Shown: positions 28,162-38,817 of the stretch, one piece after another | How positions within the stretch are numbered: the first letter of the stretch is position 1 | Layout: each line of letters opens with the position of its first letter | Assembly (NCBI GenBank): GCA_030141605.1 | Contig: JAQGDQ010002422.1 | Location: 1-53,286 of the forward strand | Source: Tubiluchus corallicola | Lineage: Eukaryota > Animalia > Priapulida | Reading direction: 5' to 3' | Length of the DNA stretch: 53,286 bases | Made by a program: the position numbers and the translations under genes | Notes under the pieces: model-generated | What the model saw: only the letters and a program-made list of their open reading frames with translations | The model's database searches: none | What the model was told of the DNA's origin: nothing

Positions 28162-29553
28162 TCACCCACCCATCTCCTTCACTTTTGAACGCCATGACGC
28201 CCCCACTTCCCCTAAAGATCGCTCCGCTAAGGCAGCTCGTTTCGCCCGCCCTTTCAAACGCCGCCGCTTTTTCCCTTCCACTGAAGGCTCTTCTTCCAGC
28301 GGCGGAAATAAACCAAAATTAATGTTCATCGGCTGAAAATCAACCGGTTGGAATTCCCAAAACGCACTCCCCCGCCCCGTCACATGACCAAGAAGCGCGC
28401 CAAGCGCCGTCTCCAGCGGCGGAAGAGGAGCCTCCTTGCCTACAATCTCCAGCGCCGTAAATAAACCACACAATAAACCCAACGCCGCACTTTCAACATA
28501 GCCTTCGCATCCTGCAATCTGACCCGCAAAACGCAAAAAAGGACGAGACTTCATTCGCAACCAGTCATCCAAAAGCGCTGGGCTATTTATATATTTATTC
28601 CGATGCATCCCCCCTAAACGCGCGAACTCAACCCCCTCTAAACCCGGAATCGTCCGAAAAATACGCCGCTGCTCCCCCCACGTCAGCTTCGTCTGAAAAC
28701 CAACCATATTATACAATGTCCCAAGCGCATTATCCTGCCGTAACTGAACAACCGCATAAAGCCTCTCTCCTCCCAAATCATGCGGGCAGGTCAGCCCTCT
28801 CGGCTTCATCGGGCCATACGCCAAAGTTCTCTCACCCCGCGCCGCCATAACCTCTATAGGCAAACATCCCTCAAAATACGATAAATCACCCTCCCACTCC
28901 TTAAAAGAAACAACCTCTCCACACCGAAGAGTCTCTATAAAATCCTCATACTCCCGACGCGTTAAAGGGCAATTAATATAATCCGCTCCCTCCCCTTTGT
29001 CATAGCGTGACTGAAACCACGCTTTCGAAAAATCAATACTCTCCCTGTAAACAATCGGAGCCATCGCGTCAAAAAAATAAAAAAACGACTCCCCCGTCAT
29101 CTCACAAAGATAACGCGAAAAACAATCGCTCGTTAACGGACCCGACGCCACGATAACAAGTCCCTCTCCTAATTCCGAAAAATCAACAACCTCCTCACGG
29201 CAAACCTCCACAAGAGGATGATCCAAAAGACAAGCGGAAACACGCTCGCTAAACCCCTCCCGATCAACAGCAAGCGCGCTCCCCGCTGGAACACTCGTCG
29301 CGTCCGCGCACGATAAAATCAATGAATCCAAAAGACGCATCTCCTCATGAAGCAACCCAATAGCGCTCCCAAGAAAATCATCGGAACGAAACGAATTAGA
29401 ACAAACAAGCTCCGCTAAATTATCCGAATGATGCGCCGGAGTCCCCCTAATAGGGCGCATCTCAAATAACTTTACAGAAATTCCACGCCTCGCTAGCTGC
29501 CACGCCGCCTCGCAACCCGCTAGTCCACCGCCAATAATATTCACTTTCCCCAC
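28162..29553 (-). CDS. trmFO: FAD-dependent tRNA (uracil-5)-methyltransferase
   Basis: [61 protein letters not shown]. Confidence 0.97.
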   Translation of the reverse strand: MGKVNIIGGGLAGCEAAWQLARRGISVKLFEMRPIRGTPAHHSDNLAELVCSNSFRSDDFLGSAIGLLHEEMRLLDSLILSCADATSVPAGSALAVDREGFSERVSACLLDHPLVEVCREEVVDFSELGEGLVIVASGPLTSDCFSRYLCEMTGESFFYFFDAMAPIVYRESIDFSKAWFQSRYDKGEGADYINCPLTRREYEDFIETLRCGEVVSFKEWEGDLSYFEGCLPIEVMAARGERTLAYGPMKPRGLTCPHDLGGERLYAVVQLRQDNALGTLYNMVGFQTKLTWGEQRRIFRTIPGLEGVEFARLGGMHRNKYINSPALLDDWLRMKSRPFLRFAGQIAGCEGYVESAALGLLCGLFTALEIVGKEAPLPPLETALGALLGHVTGRGSAFWEFQPVDFQPMNINFGLFPPLEEEPSVEGKKRRRLKGRAKRAALAERSLGEVGASWRSKVKEMGG

Positions 29554-29684
29554 AATAATCTCCTCCTATAAACAATATCCCCTTGCCGGCGAAAACCTCC
29601 AAAAAACTGAAAATACTTGAAAATATCCATTTTATCAATATGATTATAAAAAGCTCTCAATGAACCTTAAGGAATATTATAAAA

Positions 29685-30119
29685 ATGCAAAATTTCAACT
29701 GGACATTATTTATAGTCTCTTTGACAACAATGTGGACAATTATTTTCTTCCTACCACGAATTATCGCGAAAGGCGCTCGCTTTATATCCCCTAAACAACT
29801 TAAAGAGATCATCACGCAAAATCAGGAACATATCATTATCGATATCAGGCCAAAACATAAATTCTATGGAAAAATCGGCCATATATCAGGCTCCGTCAAT
29901 CTCCCATACGAAGAAATCAGCTTCAAAATTCAATCGCTTAAAGAACAACTCGACCATTATAAAAGTATCCCGGTTTATATTATCAATATCAATAACGCAA
30001 AATCTCCAAACGCCGCAAGACTCTTCATAAAAGCAGGCTTCCAAAACGTCAATGTCATACAAGGCGGTATCCGCGTCTGGAGCTATAGCGGCTTTCCTGT
30101 CGTCGGGCAATTTACATAA
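29685..30119 (+). CDS. membrane-anchored rhodanese-like protein
   Basis: N-terminal TM, IIDIRP..F..GHI.GSVNLP and GF.NV.VIQGGI..W motifs; no active-site Cys. Confidence 0.85.
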   Translation: MQNFNWTLFIVSLTTMWTIIFFLPRIIAKGARFISPKQLKEIITQNQEHIIIDIRPKHKFYGKIGHISGSVNLPYEEISFKIQSLKEQLDHYKSIPVYIININNAKSPNAARLFIKAGFQNVNVIQGGIRVWSYSGFPVVGQFT

Positions 30120-30124
30120 ACCAC

Positions 30125-30808
30125 ATGAGTCATACCCTCTTTCAAAAAAACTTCATCCTTATACACGGATGGGGATACGACCATACCCTCTGGGAAAAAA
30201 TCCTCCCAGAACTTCCCGCAGAAACAACATCCCTTATCGACTTTAATTTTATACAGACAGCCTCCCCTCTCCCTCATTATAACCCCTTATGGACTCCTTT
30301 GAAAAATCCACCCGAAACACTCCCATGGGAAAACGCCATCTGCATAACACACTCCCTAGGATTCCTCTGGGCTCTGAAATACGCCCCTTCCACACTCAAA
30401 GCCCTCATCAGTATTAACAGCCTTCCTTGCTTTTCCGACGCTTTCCCTCCCTCCCTCTGGAGCAGCATGATCCATACACTCCAAAAAACACCCCAAAACT
30501 ATATGAGCCGATTTTGGAAAAACGCAGGATATACACCCCCTCACACAACACTCAACGCTATAAATCTTCTGGAAGGACTCCTCTTTCTGCAAAAAACAGA
30601 CCTGAGAAAAAAACTCGCCACTACCGCCTACCCTCTCTTTTCCCTGAACGCTCAAAACGACTCTGTCGCCCCTTTTAAAATCGCCAGAAAACAATGGAGC
30701 AACCACCCCTCCTTTACCCATAAGCAAGGAAAACATATGCTCCCTGTAAAATTCCCTCAATGGGTCATCAATACCCTTCACGCAATTGATCACTCCCTTT
30801 CAATATAA
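30125..30808 (+). CDS. alpha/beta hydrolase (BioH-like)
   Basis: LIHGWG, nucleophile THSLG, D in NDSVAP, H in KHMLP. Confidence 0.75.
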   Translation: MSHTLFQKNFILIHGWGYDHTLWEKILPELPAETTSLIDFNFIQTASPLPHYNPLWTPLKNPPETLPWENAICITHSLGFLWALKYAPSTLKALISINSLPCFSDAFPPSLWSSMIHTLQKTPQNYMSRFWKNAGYTPPHTTLNAINLLEGLLFLQKTDLRKKLATTAYPLFSLNAQNDSVAPFKIARKQWSNHPSFTHKQGKHMLPVKFPQWVINTLHAIDHSLSI

Positions 30809-30819
30809 TAAGCGAACCC

Positions 30820-32181
30820 ATGACAAATACATACTCTCAATCAACCATTTTCGCAATCGCCTCGGGAAGCGGAAAAAGCGGCGTCGCCATTGTTCGCGCC
30901 TCAGGACCTAACGCCCTTGAAGGGCTCTGTACCCTCTCAAAAACCATCCAGCCAAAAAAAATCAAACCCCGATACCTCTACAATACACGCCTTTATACGC
31001 CAGACAATATCCTTATCGATCACGCACTTATCGTCTATTTCCAAGAGGAAAAAAGCTTCACCGGCGAGCAAACCGTCGAATATCATGTCCACGGAAGCCG
31101 CGCGATCCTCTCCTGCCTTTTAGAAGCCCTTGAGACACTCCCTCACCATAGACCCGCTTACCCTGGAGAATTTACAAAAAGAGCCTTCGAAAATAACAAA
31201 ATCGACCTCACGGCAGCAGAAGGACTGCTCGACCTCATCAACGCGGAAACACACACACAACATCAACAAGCCCTCAGGCATATGCAAGGCGACGCCTATA
31301 AACTCTACGAAAATTGGCGCAAAACTATCATTACACAACTTGCGCATCTCGAAGCCGCCATCGATTTCTCCGAAGAGGATATCCCACAAACACTCGAAAC
31401 ACAAACCCACAAATCCATACGTTCACTACTAAACGAAATTAATCTCCATCTCTCAACATTCAAAAAAGCGCAGAAAATACGAGATGGAATACGACTAGCC
31501 ATCATCGGAGAGCCTAACGCCGGAAAATCCAGCCTGATGAACCAACTCTCACAACGCGATGTCGCCATCGTCTCGCCACTCCCAGGAACAACACGCGATA
31601 TCATCGAAAATCATATCGATATCGCCGGATTTCCCGTCGTCTTCGCCGATACAGCCGGAATCCGACCCGCAAAAGACGAAATCGAGCAAGAAGGCATTAA
31701 ACGAACAGAAGATTATAGACAAAAAGCAGACATTACAATCCTCATCATCGACGCGACACAATGGAATCATCACACACAATATCCCCTCCTGCACACCATC
31801 AATAACAATAGCATTATCCTCTTTAATAAAATCGACAAAATTAATACCATAAAATCCCTGCCAACCCATATACACAACCATAAAATACTCCCCCTCTCCG
31901 CAAAATACGGAGACGGTATCGAAACACTCTGGAAAATACTTGAAGAAAAAATCACAGAAAATTACGCAGGAAGCGAAACACTCCCTTTAACACGCGCGCG
32001 ACACAAAAACGCCCTCAAAAAATGCGAAAACGCCCTTGAACAATCCCTCAAGGCAAACGATACCGTCCTCGCTATCGAGGATCTTCGAATCGCCGCTAGA
32101 CATATCGGAAAAATCACAGGACACGTCGATATAGAAGAGCTGCTCGATATCATCTTCTCAGAATTCTGCATCGGAAAATAA
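30820..32181 (+). CDS. mnmE: tRNA modification GTPase MnmE
   Basis: SFTGE, HGS, PGEFTKRAF.N.KIDL, GEPNAGKS, DTAG, NKID, C-terminal FCIGK. Confidence 0.98.
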   Translation: MTNTYSQSTIFAIASGSGKSGVAIVRASGPNALEGLCTLSKTIQPKKIKPRYLYNTRLYTPDNILIDHALIVYFQEEKSFTGEQTVEYHVHGSRAILSCLLEALETLPHHRPAYPGEFTKRAFENNKIDLTAAEGLLDLINAETHTQHQQALRHMQGDAYKLYENWRKTIITQLAHLEAAIDFSEEDIPQTLETQTHKSIRSLLNEINLHLSTFKKAQKIRDGIRLAIIGEPNAGKSSLMNQLSQRDVAIVSPLPGTTRDIIENHIDIAGFPVVFADTAGIRPAKDEIEQEGIKRTEDYRQKADITILIIDATQWNHHTQYPLLHTINNNSIILFNKIDKINTIKSLPTHIHNHKILPLSAKYGDGIETLWKILEEKITENYAGSETLPLTRARHKNALKKCENALEQSLKANDTVLAIEDLRIAARHIGKITGHVDIEELLDIIFSEFCIGK

Positions 32182-32192
32182 ATCGCCAGATG

Positions 32193-32258
32193 AACATAGA
32201 CCCCCTCAATCAGGGTGCCTGTCTCTATATGGTCTTTCTTCTGGTGGGATTTACCGTG
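32193..32258 (-). pseudogene. degenerate internal fragment of rnpB
   Basis: ccctcaatcagggtgcctgtctctatatggtctttcttctggtgggatttaccgtg matches about 32604-32659 with several substitutions. Confidence 0.85.
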
Positions 32259-32297
32259 TCTTAATTTAAAAACGAAACACTCTCTTTTCTGGCGCAG

Positions 32298-32489
32298 CAC
32301 AAAAACGCCCTCAAAAAATGCGAAAACGCCCTTGAGAAATCCCTCAAGGCAAACGATACCGTCCTCGCTATCAAGGATCTTCGAATCGCCGCTAGACATA
32401 TCGGAAAAATCACAGGACACGTCGATATAGAAGAGCTGCTCGATATCATCTTCTCAGAATTTTTGCATCGGAAAATAAATCGCCAGATG
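32298..32489 (+). repeat. direct repeat of the mnmE 3' end (copy of 32002-32192), frameshifted
   Basis: About 190 nt near-identical; gaattctgc becomes gaatttttgc, destroying the FCIGK frame. Confidence 0.95.
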
Positions 32490-32853
32490 GCCTATAAGCC
32501 GGGTTCTGTTCTCTTTTCTCAAAGGAGATAGCTATTCATCTAGGATATAGATTACTCTATACCTCACGCGGTCTACCCAGACAGTTGCGCGGAAGAACAC
32601 ATACCCTCAATCAGGGCGCCTGTCTCTATATGACCTTGCTCCTGGTGGGGTTTACCGTGCCCTCTTTGTTACCAAAAAGGCGGTGCGCTCTTACCGCACC
32701 ATTTCACCCTTACCGATTTTCCAACCGGCGGTTTGTTTTCTGTGGCACTTTCCCTAGAGTCACCCCCGCCGGGCATTACCCGGCACCTTTCTTCCGTGGA
32801 GCCCGGACTTTCCTCTTCCAATAAAATTGAAAGCAGCTATCCAGCCATCTGAC
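32482..32853 (-). ncRNA. rnpB: RNase P RNA (type A)
   Basis: Minus strand has GAGGAAAGTCCGGGCTCC, GAAAGTGCCACAGAAAA, GGTAAGGGTGAAA, GGTAAACCCC, AACAGAACCCGGCTTA; 5'/3' pairing cagatggc...gccatctg. Confidence 0.96.
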
Positions 32854-32897
32854 CACAAAATTATACCATAATAAACCCATCTGTGAAATAAAAATAC

Positions 32898-34082
32898 CTA
32901 CAAAAATGTCAGAACATGACGCGCTATCATAAGCTCCTCATTCGTCGGAACAACCATCACTTTCACACGACTAGAAGGCGTCGATATCACAAGCGCGTTC
33001 TTTTCATTCGCTTCCGCGTCAATCTCAACATCCAACCAAGATAACGCCTCCACAACAGCAGAACGAATAATCGGCGAACGCTCCCCAACACCCGCGGTAA
33101 ACACTAAACTATCCAAACCACCAATCGAAGCCGCCAGCGATCCAACCTCTCGGATAATACGGTAAACCATCAGCTCCATCCCCTCATGGCAACGCGGATC
33201 ATCACTGATCTCAACCGTATAAAAATCATTGCTGACTTCCGTAAAACCAAGCATACCACACTCGTAATATAAAAAATTCTCCAGACGTTGAGCGTCAAAC
33301 CCCTTGGTCTGAAGCAAATACAAAATAACACCAGGATCTATCGCCCCCGGACGAGTCCCCATAGGTAAACCATCCAACGCCGTCAATCCCATAGTCGTCG
33401 CCTGACTCTTTCCCTCTAAAAGAGCCGCCATAGACGCGCCGCTCCCCAAATGCGCGATCACAACACGACCATCCGCGACATCCGGCGCGACCTCTCTCAT
33501 CTTACTCGCGACATACTCATACGACGTCCCATGCATACCATAACGACGAATATTATCCCCCTCTATTAAAGAACGGGGAATCGCAAACGTCTGCGCGACA
33601 GACGGATTCGTCTGATGAAACGACGTGTCAAAGCACGCCACCTGATGTAAATCAGGATATAAATCACGCAATATACGAATAGGACGTAAATTATGCGGCT
33701 GATGAAGAGGCGCCAAGGGAATCAACGCCTCCATCTTCTCCAAAGAAGACTCATCAATCAACGCAGGCGCCGGAAAATCCACAGCGCCATGAACAACACG
33801 ATGACCCGCCGCAACAAGAGAAACCCCCTCATGCTGCCGCTGAAGCCAGCTTATTAAAAAACCAAGAAGCTCATCCTGCCCCATAGAAGCCGCCGCCTCG
33901 CCCCAAACTTTCTTCTCTAGAACTTCCCCGTCCACAGCCTTGGCGACAAACTTAGGCGCGCTACTTATTCCCGAAACCTGCCCAGAAGAAAGAATATCCA
34001 AATATCTCCCCTCCCTGCAAGAAAACATCGTAAACTTAATACTTGAAGAGCCCGCATTAATAACCAATATTCCCTCTTTCAT
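32898..34082 (-). CDS. ackA: acetate/propionate kinase
   Basis: ILVINAGSSSIKF, GHRVVHG, LAPLH, FDTSFH, RRYG.HGTSY, HLGSGAS, MGTRPG, FTAGVGE, PTNEELMIA. Confidence 0.95.
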   Translation of the reverse strand: MKEGILVINAGSSSIKFTMFSCREGRYLDILSSGQVSGISSAPKFVAKAVDGEVLEKKVWGEAAASMGQDELLGFLISWLQRQHEGVSLVAAGHRVVHGAVDFPAPALIDESSLEKMEALIPLAPLHQPHNLRPIRILRDLYPDLHQVACFDTSFHQTNPSVAQTFAIPRSLIEGDNIRRYGMHGTSYEYVASKMREVAPDVADGRVVIAHLGSGASMAALLEGKSQATTMGLTALDGLPMGTRPGAIDPGVILYLLQTKGFDAQRLENFLYYECGMLGFTEVSNDFYTVEISDDPRCHEGMELMVYRIIREVGSLAASIGGLDSLVFTAGVGERSPIIRSAVVEALSWLDVEIDAEANEKNALVISTPSSRVKVMVVPTNEELMIARHVLTFL

Positions 34083-34113
34083 AGAATCACCCTCCCTAAC
34101 TTTCCGCCTGATA

Positions 34114-35523
34114 TCATCCTTGAACTTTTAAAGACAGTCCCTCTTTCTCCTGCTGATACGCGACATATAACGCCGCAACAGCGCTGGAGGCAATGCGCGC
34201 GCGCGCATTGTCCGAACGACTCGTCAATATAATCGGAACACGCGCCCCAAGAACAACGCCCGCCATCTCCGCATCCGCAAGCCATGCCAACTGCTTCGCC
34301 AACATATTACCCGCCTCAAGATTCGGAACTAACAAAATATCCGCCTCCCCCGCAACAGGAGAACGAATCCCCTTGATCTTCGCAGCATCCGGGCTAATCG
34401 CATTGTCAAACGCTAAAGGACCATCCAAAATCGCCCCCTTGATCTGATTGCGCTCCGCCATCTTACATAACGCCGCCGCCTCCAGAGTCGATTGAATCTT
34501 CGGCGAAACCGTCTCTATCGCCGATAATATCGCAACCTTCGGAATATCAACACCCAACGAACGCGCAAGGCTTATACTGTTCTTTAAAATATCAACCTTC
34601 GTCGGTAAATCAGGATAAATATTAATCGCCGCATCAGTAATCAATAACATCCGCTCATAACTAGGAACATCCATAATAAAAATATGACTCAGACGACGAC
34701 CCGTCCGTAACCCCGTCTCCCGACGAATAACCTCACTCATCAACTCGTCCGTGTGAAGCTTACCCTTCATCAAAATTTTCACTTTCTGATTCCGGCAAAG
34801 CGCGACCGACTTCTCTATCGCCGCAACTGCATGATCCGTCGGAACAATACGACAATTCCCAATATCAATACTATATTTCTCGGCAATCGCTTTGATCTTC
34901 TTCTCCGGACCAACAAGATACGGATCAATCACACCATACTCCGCCGCGTCAATCGCTCCTCGTAACGAAACCTCATCACACGGATACGCAACAGCAACAG
35001 GAATAGGACCATAAGCCTGAGCCTTCGATAAAAAGTTATCAAAAAAACAATGAGAACGACGAAACTTATGAGAACGTAACGATGCCGTAACACCCTCCAT
35101 ACGCTCCACAGGCGCGTATACCTCCGCAGTCCCCGTCGCAACTGTCTCTTGATTCTGATTCGTGCAAAGACAGGAAAAAACAATGATATTATCTTTTGCT
35201 TTTTTCTCTATAACCTTGACAGCCATCTTAATATGATCGCCAAGCGCAACCATCGAAAAAAATTCCAGCGTCTGAGAACGATACACCGTACCCGCACCAG
35301 GAAGCTTGTTCCCAAATATATTCGATAGCAAAACACCAAGCCACATACCATGACCCAACACCTTCTCCTCATCAAGAGAAGAATGAGTCAGACTAGGAAC
35401 AAAATGAGTCGGGTTACGATCATCCGCTGCGGAAGCGTAAATTTCTATATCCTCCGCCGTCAATACACGTGTAACAGAAGCGCTGTCTCCAATATTAATT
35501 TCATCAAATATCTTATTTCGCAT
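34114..35523 (-). CDS. bifunctional MaoC-like enoyl-CoA hydratase / phosphate acetyl(butyryl)transferase
   Basis: N-terminal hot-dog motifs (D.NP.H, HGMW, LPGAGTVY.SQ.L.F) fused to a PTA/PTB domain (LMKG, TDAAINI.P, DGPLAFDNA, AGN, TSRSD). Confidence 0.9.
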   Translation of the reverse strand: MRNKIFDEINIGDSASVTRVLTAEDIEIYASAADDRNPTHFVPSLTHSSLDEEKVLGHGMWLGVLLSNIFGNKLPGAGTVYRSQTLEFFSMVALGDHIKMAVKVIEKKAKDNIIVFSCLCTNQNQETVATGTAEVYAPVERMEGVTASLRSHKFRRSHCFFDNFLSKAQAYGPIPVAVAYPCDEVSLRGAIDAAEYGVIDPYLVGPEKKIKAIAEKYSIDIGNCRIVPTDHAVAAIEKSVALCRNQKVKILMKGKLHTDELMSEVIRRETGLRTGRRLSHIFIMDVPSYERMLLITDAAINIYPDLPTKVDILKNSISLARSLGVDIPKVAILSAIETVSPKIQSTLEAAALCKMAERNQIKGAILDGPLAFDNAISPDAAKIKGIRSPVAGEADILLVPNLEAGNMLAKQLAWLADAEMAGVVLGARVPIILTSRSDNARARIASSAVAALYVAYQQEKEGLSLKVQG

Positions 35524-35690
35524 GATTAATACTTTCTTTCTTAGAATCAGATTCCCTCAGCAATAAATACAGTAAAATATGCTTCTTCTTATATCATGCT
35601 TTTTTAATATCATAAACGGAAAAATCAAATAAAAACACCCCCGCTCCCCCTTGAAGGGCTTATATCACACAAAACACAGATCTGTATCGA

Positions 35691-37016
35691 TTAAACAACC
35701 TCTTCCTTATTGACAATATATACTCTGCTGTCACGCGCTTCCTGCATATCATCCAGCATTTTATGAGTCACAAGCGTTGTCCCCTTGTCCGTACGATAAA
35801 AATAACGCAGATCAAGATCAGGATCCTCGCCAATGACCGTTCCTTGAGGAACATGGCAATTCTGCCCCAGCAAAATCCGCTTTAAACGACAATGGCGGCC
35901 AACCGTTGAATTCGGTAGCAAAACAGAATCCTCAACAATACTATATGAATTTAAACGCACATTCGGCGATAATAAAGAACGACGTAATAAAGAACCAGAA
36001 ACAATACAACCACCGCTAATTAAAGAATCAACCGCCATTCCACGCCTGTCCGCATTGTCAAAAACAAACTTCGCTGACGGATTTTGCGCCTGATATGTCC
36101 AAATCGGCCAGTTATGATCATATAAATCCAACGCCGGAACAACCGCCGTTAAATCCATATTCGCCTCCCAATAACTGTCAACCGTACCAACATCACGCCA
36201 ATACGCCTCCGCGTCCGGCGCAGAACGAACACAACTATCCTGAAAACGATGAACATACAAAGACGCCTTGTTGACAATAGAAGGTAAAATATCCTTCCCA
36301 AAATCATGAGTCGACTCTAAATCACAAGAATCCTCCTCCAAAAGCTCCATCAGAAAATCATAGTTGAAAATATAAATCCCCATACTCGCAAGAGACCAGT
36401 TCGGAAAAGAGGGAATCTCCGCCGGAAACTCAGGCTTCTCAGCAAAACCAATTATACGATCCTGATCGTTAACCTCGATAATCCCAAAACGACTTGCCTC
36501 TGGAGTCGGAACCTCAATACAAGATACCGTCACATCCGCCCCCCGTTCAATATGCTGGCGAAGCATAAGCGCGTAATTCTGCTTGTAAACATGATCACCC
36601 GCCAAAACTAAAACATAACGGATATCCTTATAATGAAGCTTGAAAAAATCAATGTTCTGCCATATAGCGTCCGCCGTTCCCTTATACCACGTCTCCTCAG
36701 CCGTCTGCTGCTGCGCCGGCCAGACAGAGACAAACTCCCCAAGCTCCGGACGCATAAAACCCCACGAACGCTGAACATGCTGAATCAACGTATTTGAACG
36801 ATACTGAGTCGGAATCGCAACCTTCCTGATCCCCGAGTTAATACAATTCGATAACGGAAAATCAATAATCCGAAACTTCCCCGCAAAAGGAATCGCCGGC
36901 TTTGCCTGAGACTCCGTTAAATGCTTTAAACGACTGCCTCTTCCTCCCGCCAAAATAAACGCGAATGTACGACGAAGTGCAGAATAAATCTCTGTATACC
37001 CTCCATTTCCTAACAT
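35691..37016 (-). CDS. glgC: glucose-1-phosphate adenylyltransferase
   Basis: LAGGRGSRL..LT...AKPA, RIIDFPLSNCINSG, WYKGTADA, LAGDHVYK, DFGKD, YWRDVGT. Confidence 0.97.
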   Translation of the reverse strand: MLGNGGYTEIYSALRRTFAFILAGGRGSRLKHLTESQAKPAIPFAGKFRIIDFPLSNCINSGIRKVAIPTQYRSNTLIQHVQRSWGFMRPELGEFVSVWPAQQQTAEETWYKGTADAIWQNIDFFKLHYKDIRYVLVLAGDHVYKQNYALMLRQHIERGADVTVSCIEVPTPEASRFGIIEVNDQDRIIGFAEKPEFPAEIPSFPNWSLASMGIYIFNYDFLMELLEEDSCDLESTHDFGKDILPSIVNKASLYVHRFQDSCVRSAPDAEAYWRDVGTVDSYWEANMDLTAVVPALDLYDHNWPIWTYQAQNPSAKFVFDNADRRGMAVDSLISGGCIVSGSLLRRSLLSPNVRLNSYSIVEDSVLLPNSTVGRHCRLKRILLGQNCHVPQGTVIGEDPDLDLRYFYRTDKGTTLVTHKMLDDMQEARDSRVYIVNKEEVV

Positions 37017-37273
37017 CAAAACCTCCTCAATTTTTTATAAATTCCATTTTCAACGGATATTATAATATTAGTATATAAAAATTCTTGACAAATTTCCAAT
37101 ATTAACTTTTTATTCCATTCTCGATAAAAAAACATTTTTTATCGATTTTTTTACAAAATATAGATAAAATAATAAATATATAACCAAAAAACAGGGAACG
37201 CTTAAAACTGAAAACCTCCCCATTTTACCCGCTCTCTCTGTAATAACTGAAATTGCCAAACAGTAGAAAGAAA

Positions 37274-38764
37274 ATGTCAAAAAAAACAATAAAAAAGAAA
37301 AAAACACGCCCTCTAAAAATTCTCTTCGCCTCCTCTGAAGTGTGGCCCATCAGCAAAACCGGAGGACTCGCCGATGTCGCTTTCTCACTCCCCTACGAAC
37401 TTCAGAAAATAGGCGTCGATATTCGTATCCTTACACCAGCATGGCCTAACTTAAGCCAAGATGTAGACGTAAAGGGAAAAAATATTCACCTCGGGCCTTT
37501 CGACTACGCGGGTCCTGTCTCCATAACACCCATAACAATTAAAAAAACACTCCCCGCCTATATTATCAACTGCGCGCGTTTCTTTCAGCGCGAAGGAAAT
37601 CCCTATACAGACGAATATGGAACGGATTATAGCGATAATCCCCAAAAATTCGCCCTCCTCTCCCATGTCGCCGCCCTGATCACCTCCTTGGGAAAATTTA
37701 TCACACGCTGGCAACCCGATATCCTCCATATTAACGATTGGCAAACAGGACTCGCGCCCGCATACCTCCATCAATGGAAACAACCCATAAAACCAACCGT
37801 ACTAACAATCCATAACCTCCAATATCAAGGAAACTTTCCTTTCTCCATTCAAGAAAATATCGGGCTCTCCTCTAACCTCTATACCCCACAGGGAATAGAA
37901 TTCTATGGCATGGTCTCCTTTCTAAAAGCCGCCATCACATACAGCCAACATATTACAACCGTCAGCCCAACATACGCGCAGGAAATAAAAACACCCGAAT
38001 ATGGCTACGGATTCGATGGAATCCTCCGCGCAAACGCGCACAAAATCACCGGAATACTCAACGGTGTCAATTATGACCTCTGGTCCCCAGAAACCTCCCC
38101 TCATATCCCCCATAACTACACACTGAAAAACCTCAACACCCAAAAGAAAAAAAACAAAGCGGAACTCCAGAAAATTATGGGGCTGGAAGTCAATCCAGAC
38201 CGTCCCCTCGCTTGCTTCGTCACCCGAATGAATATGCAAAAAGGAACCGATATCCTCCTCGCTGCGCTCCCTAGAATCGTCGCGGCAAATATGCAAGTCG
38301 CCATCCTTGGAAGCGGCGAGCCCAGATTTGAAAACGACTTCAGAAAATCCGCCGAACAATGGCCCGAACATATCACCGCCGTTATCGGATACAACGAAGA
38401 ACTCTCTTACAAACTGTTCGCCGGAAGCGACATCGCCCTTATGCCCTCCCTTTTTGAACCCTGCGGCCTTACGCAGCTCTACGCCCTGCGATTCGGCACC
38501 ATCCCTATCGTACGATATACAGGCGGGCTGGCCGACACCATCATTGACGCTCATGATATCGAAAATGGAACCGGCTTCTTCTTTGGCTACCCCTCTCCGG
38601 ATGACCTCATGCACGCGATATACCGAGCATTGCACCAGTTCCAAAATCCTAAACAATGGAAAAAAATACAGAAAAACGCCATGCAAAAAAGATTTCAATG
38701 GAATCAATCCGCTCAAGATTATATCAATATTTATAGACAGCTTAAAACAATGTATACTCTCTAA
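37274..38764 (+). CDS. glgA: glycogen synthase
   Basis: KTGGLADV, NDWQT, TIHNLQYQG, TVSPTYA.EI, PSLFEPCGLTQL, TGGLADT. Confidence 0.96.
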   Translation: MSKKTIKKKKTRPLKILFASSEVWPISKTGGLADVAFSLPYELQKIGVDIRILTPAWPNLSQDVDVKGKNIHLGPFDYAGPVSITPITIKKTLPAYIINCARFFQREGNPYTDEYGTDYSDNPQKFALLSHVAALITSLGKFITRWQPDILHINDWQTGLAPAYLHQWKQPIKPTVLTIHNLQYQGNFPFSIQENIGLSSNLYTPQGIEFYGMVSFLKAAITYSQHITTVSPTYAQEIKTPEYGYGFDGILRANAHKITGILNGVNYDLWSPETSPHIPHNYTLKNLNTQKKKNKAELQKIMGLEVNPDRPLACFVTRMNMQKGTDILLAALPRIVAANMQVAILGSGEPRFENDFRKSAEQWPEHITAVIGYNEELSYKLFAGSDIALMPSLFEPCGLTQLYALRFGTIPIVRYTGGLADTIIDAHDIENGTGFFFGYPSPDDLMHAIYRALHQFQNPKQWKKIQKNAMQKRFQWNQSAQDYINIYRQLKTMYTL

Positions 38765-38817
38765 CCATACACTTAGGCTAAACAACCAAAAAACAATAAA
38801 ATCCCAGGAGGAAAATT

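Noticed and set aside
31962-32824. ORF-track calls 31962-32420, 32215-32430, 32261-32449 and 32585-32824
   Set aside because: Shadow frames of the mnmE duplication and of rnpB
37922-38785. 287-aa antisense ORF over glgA, and similar ones over pepN, glgP and the PL6 gene
   Set aside because: They lie entirely opposite well-supported genes, have no motifs, and are expected from the biased codon usage
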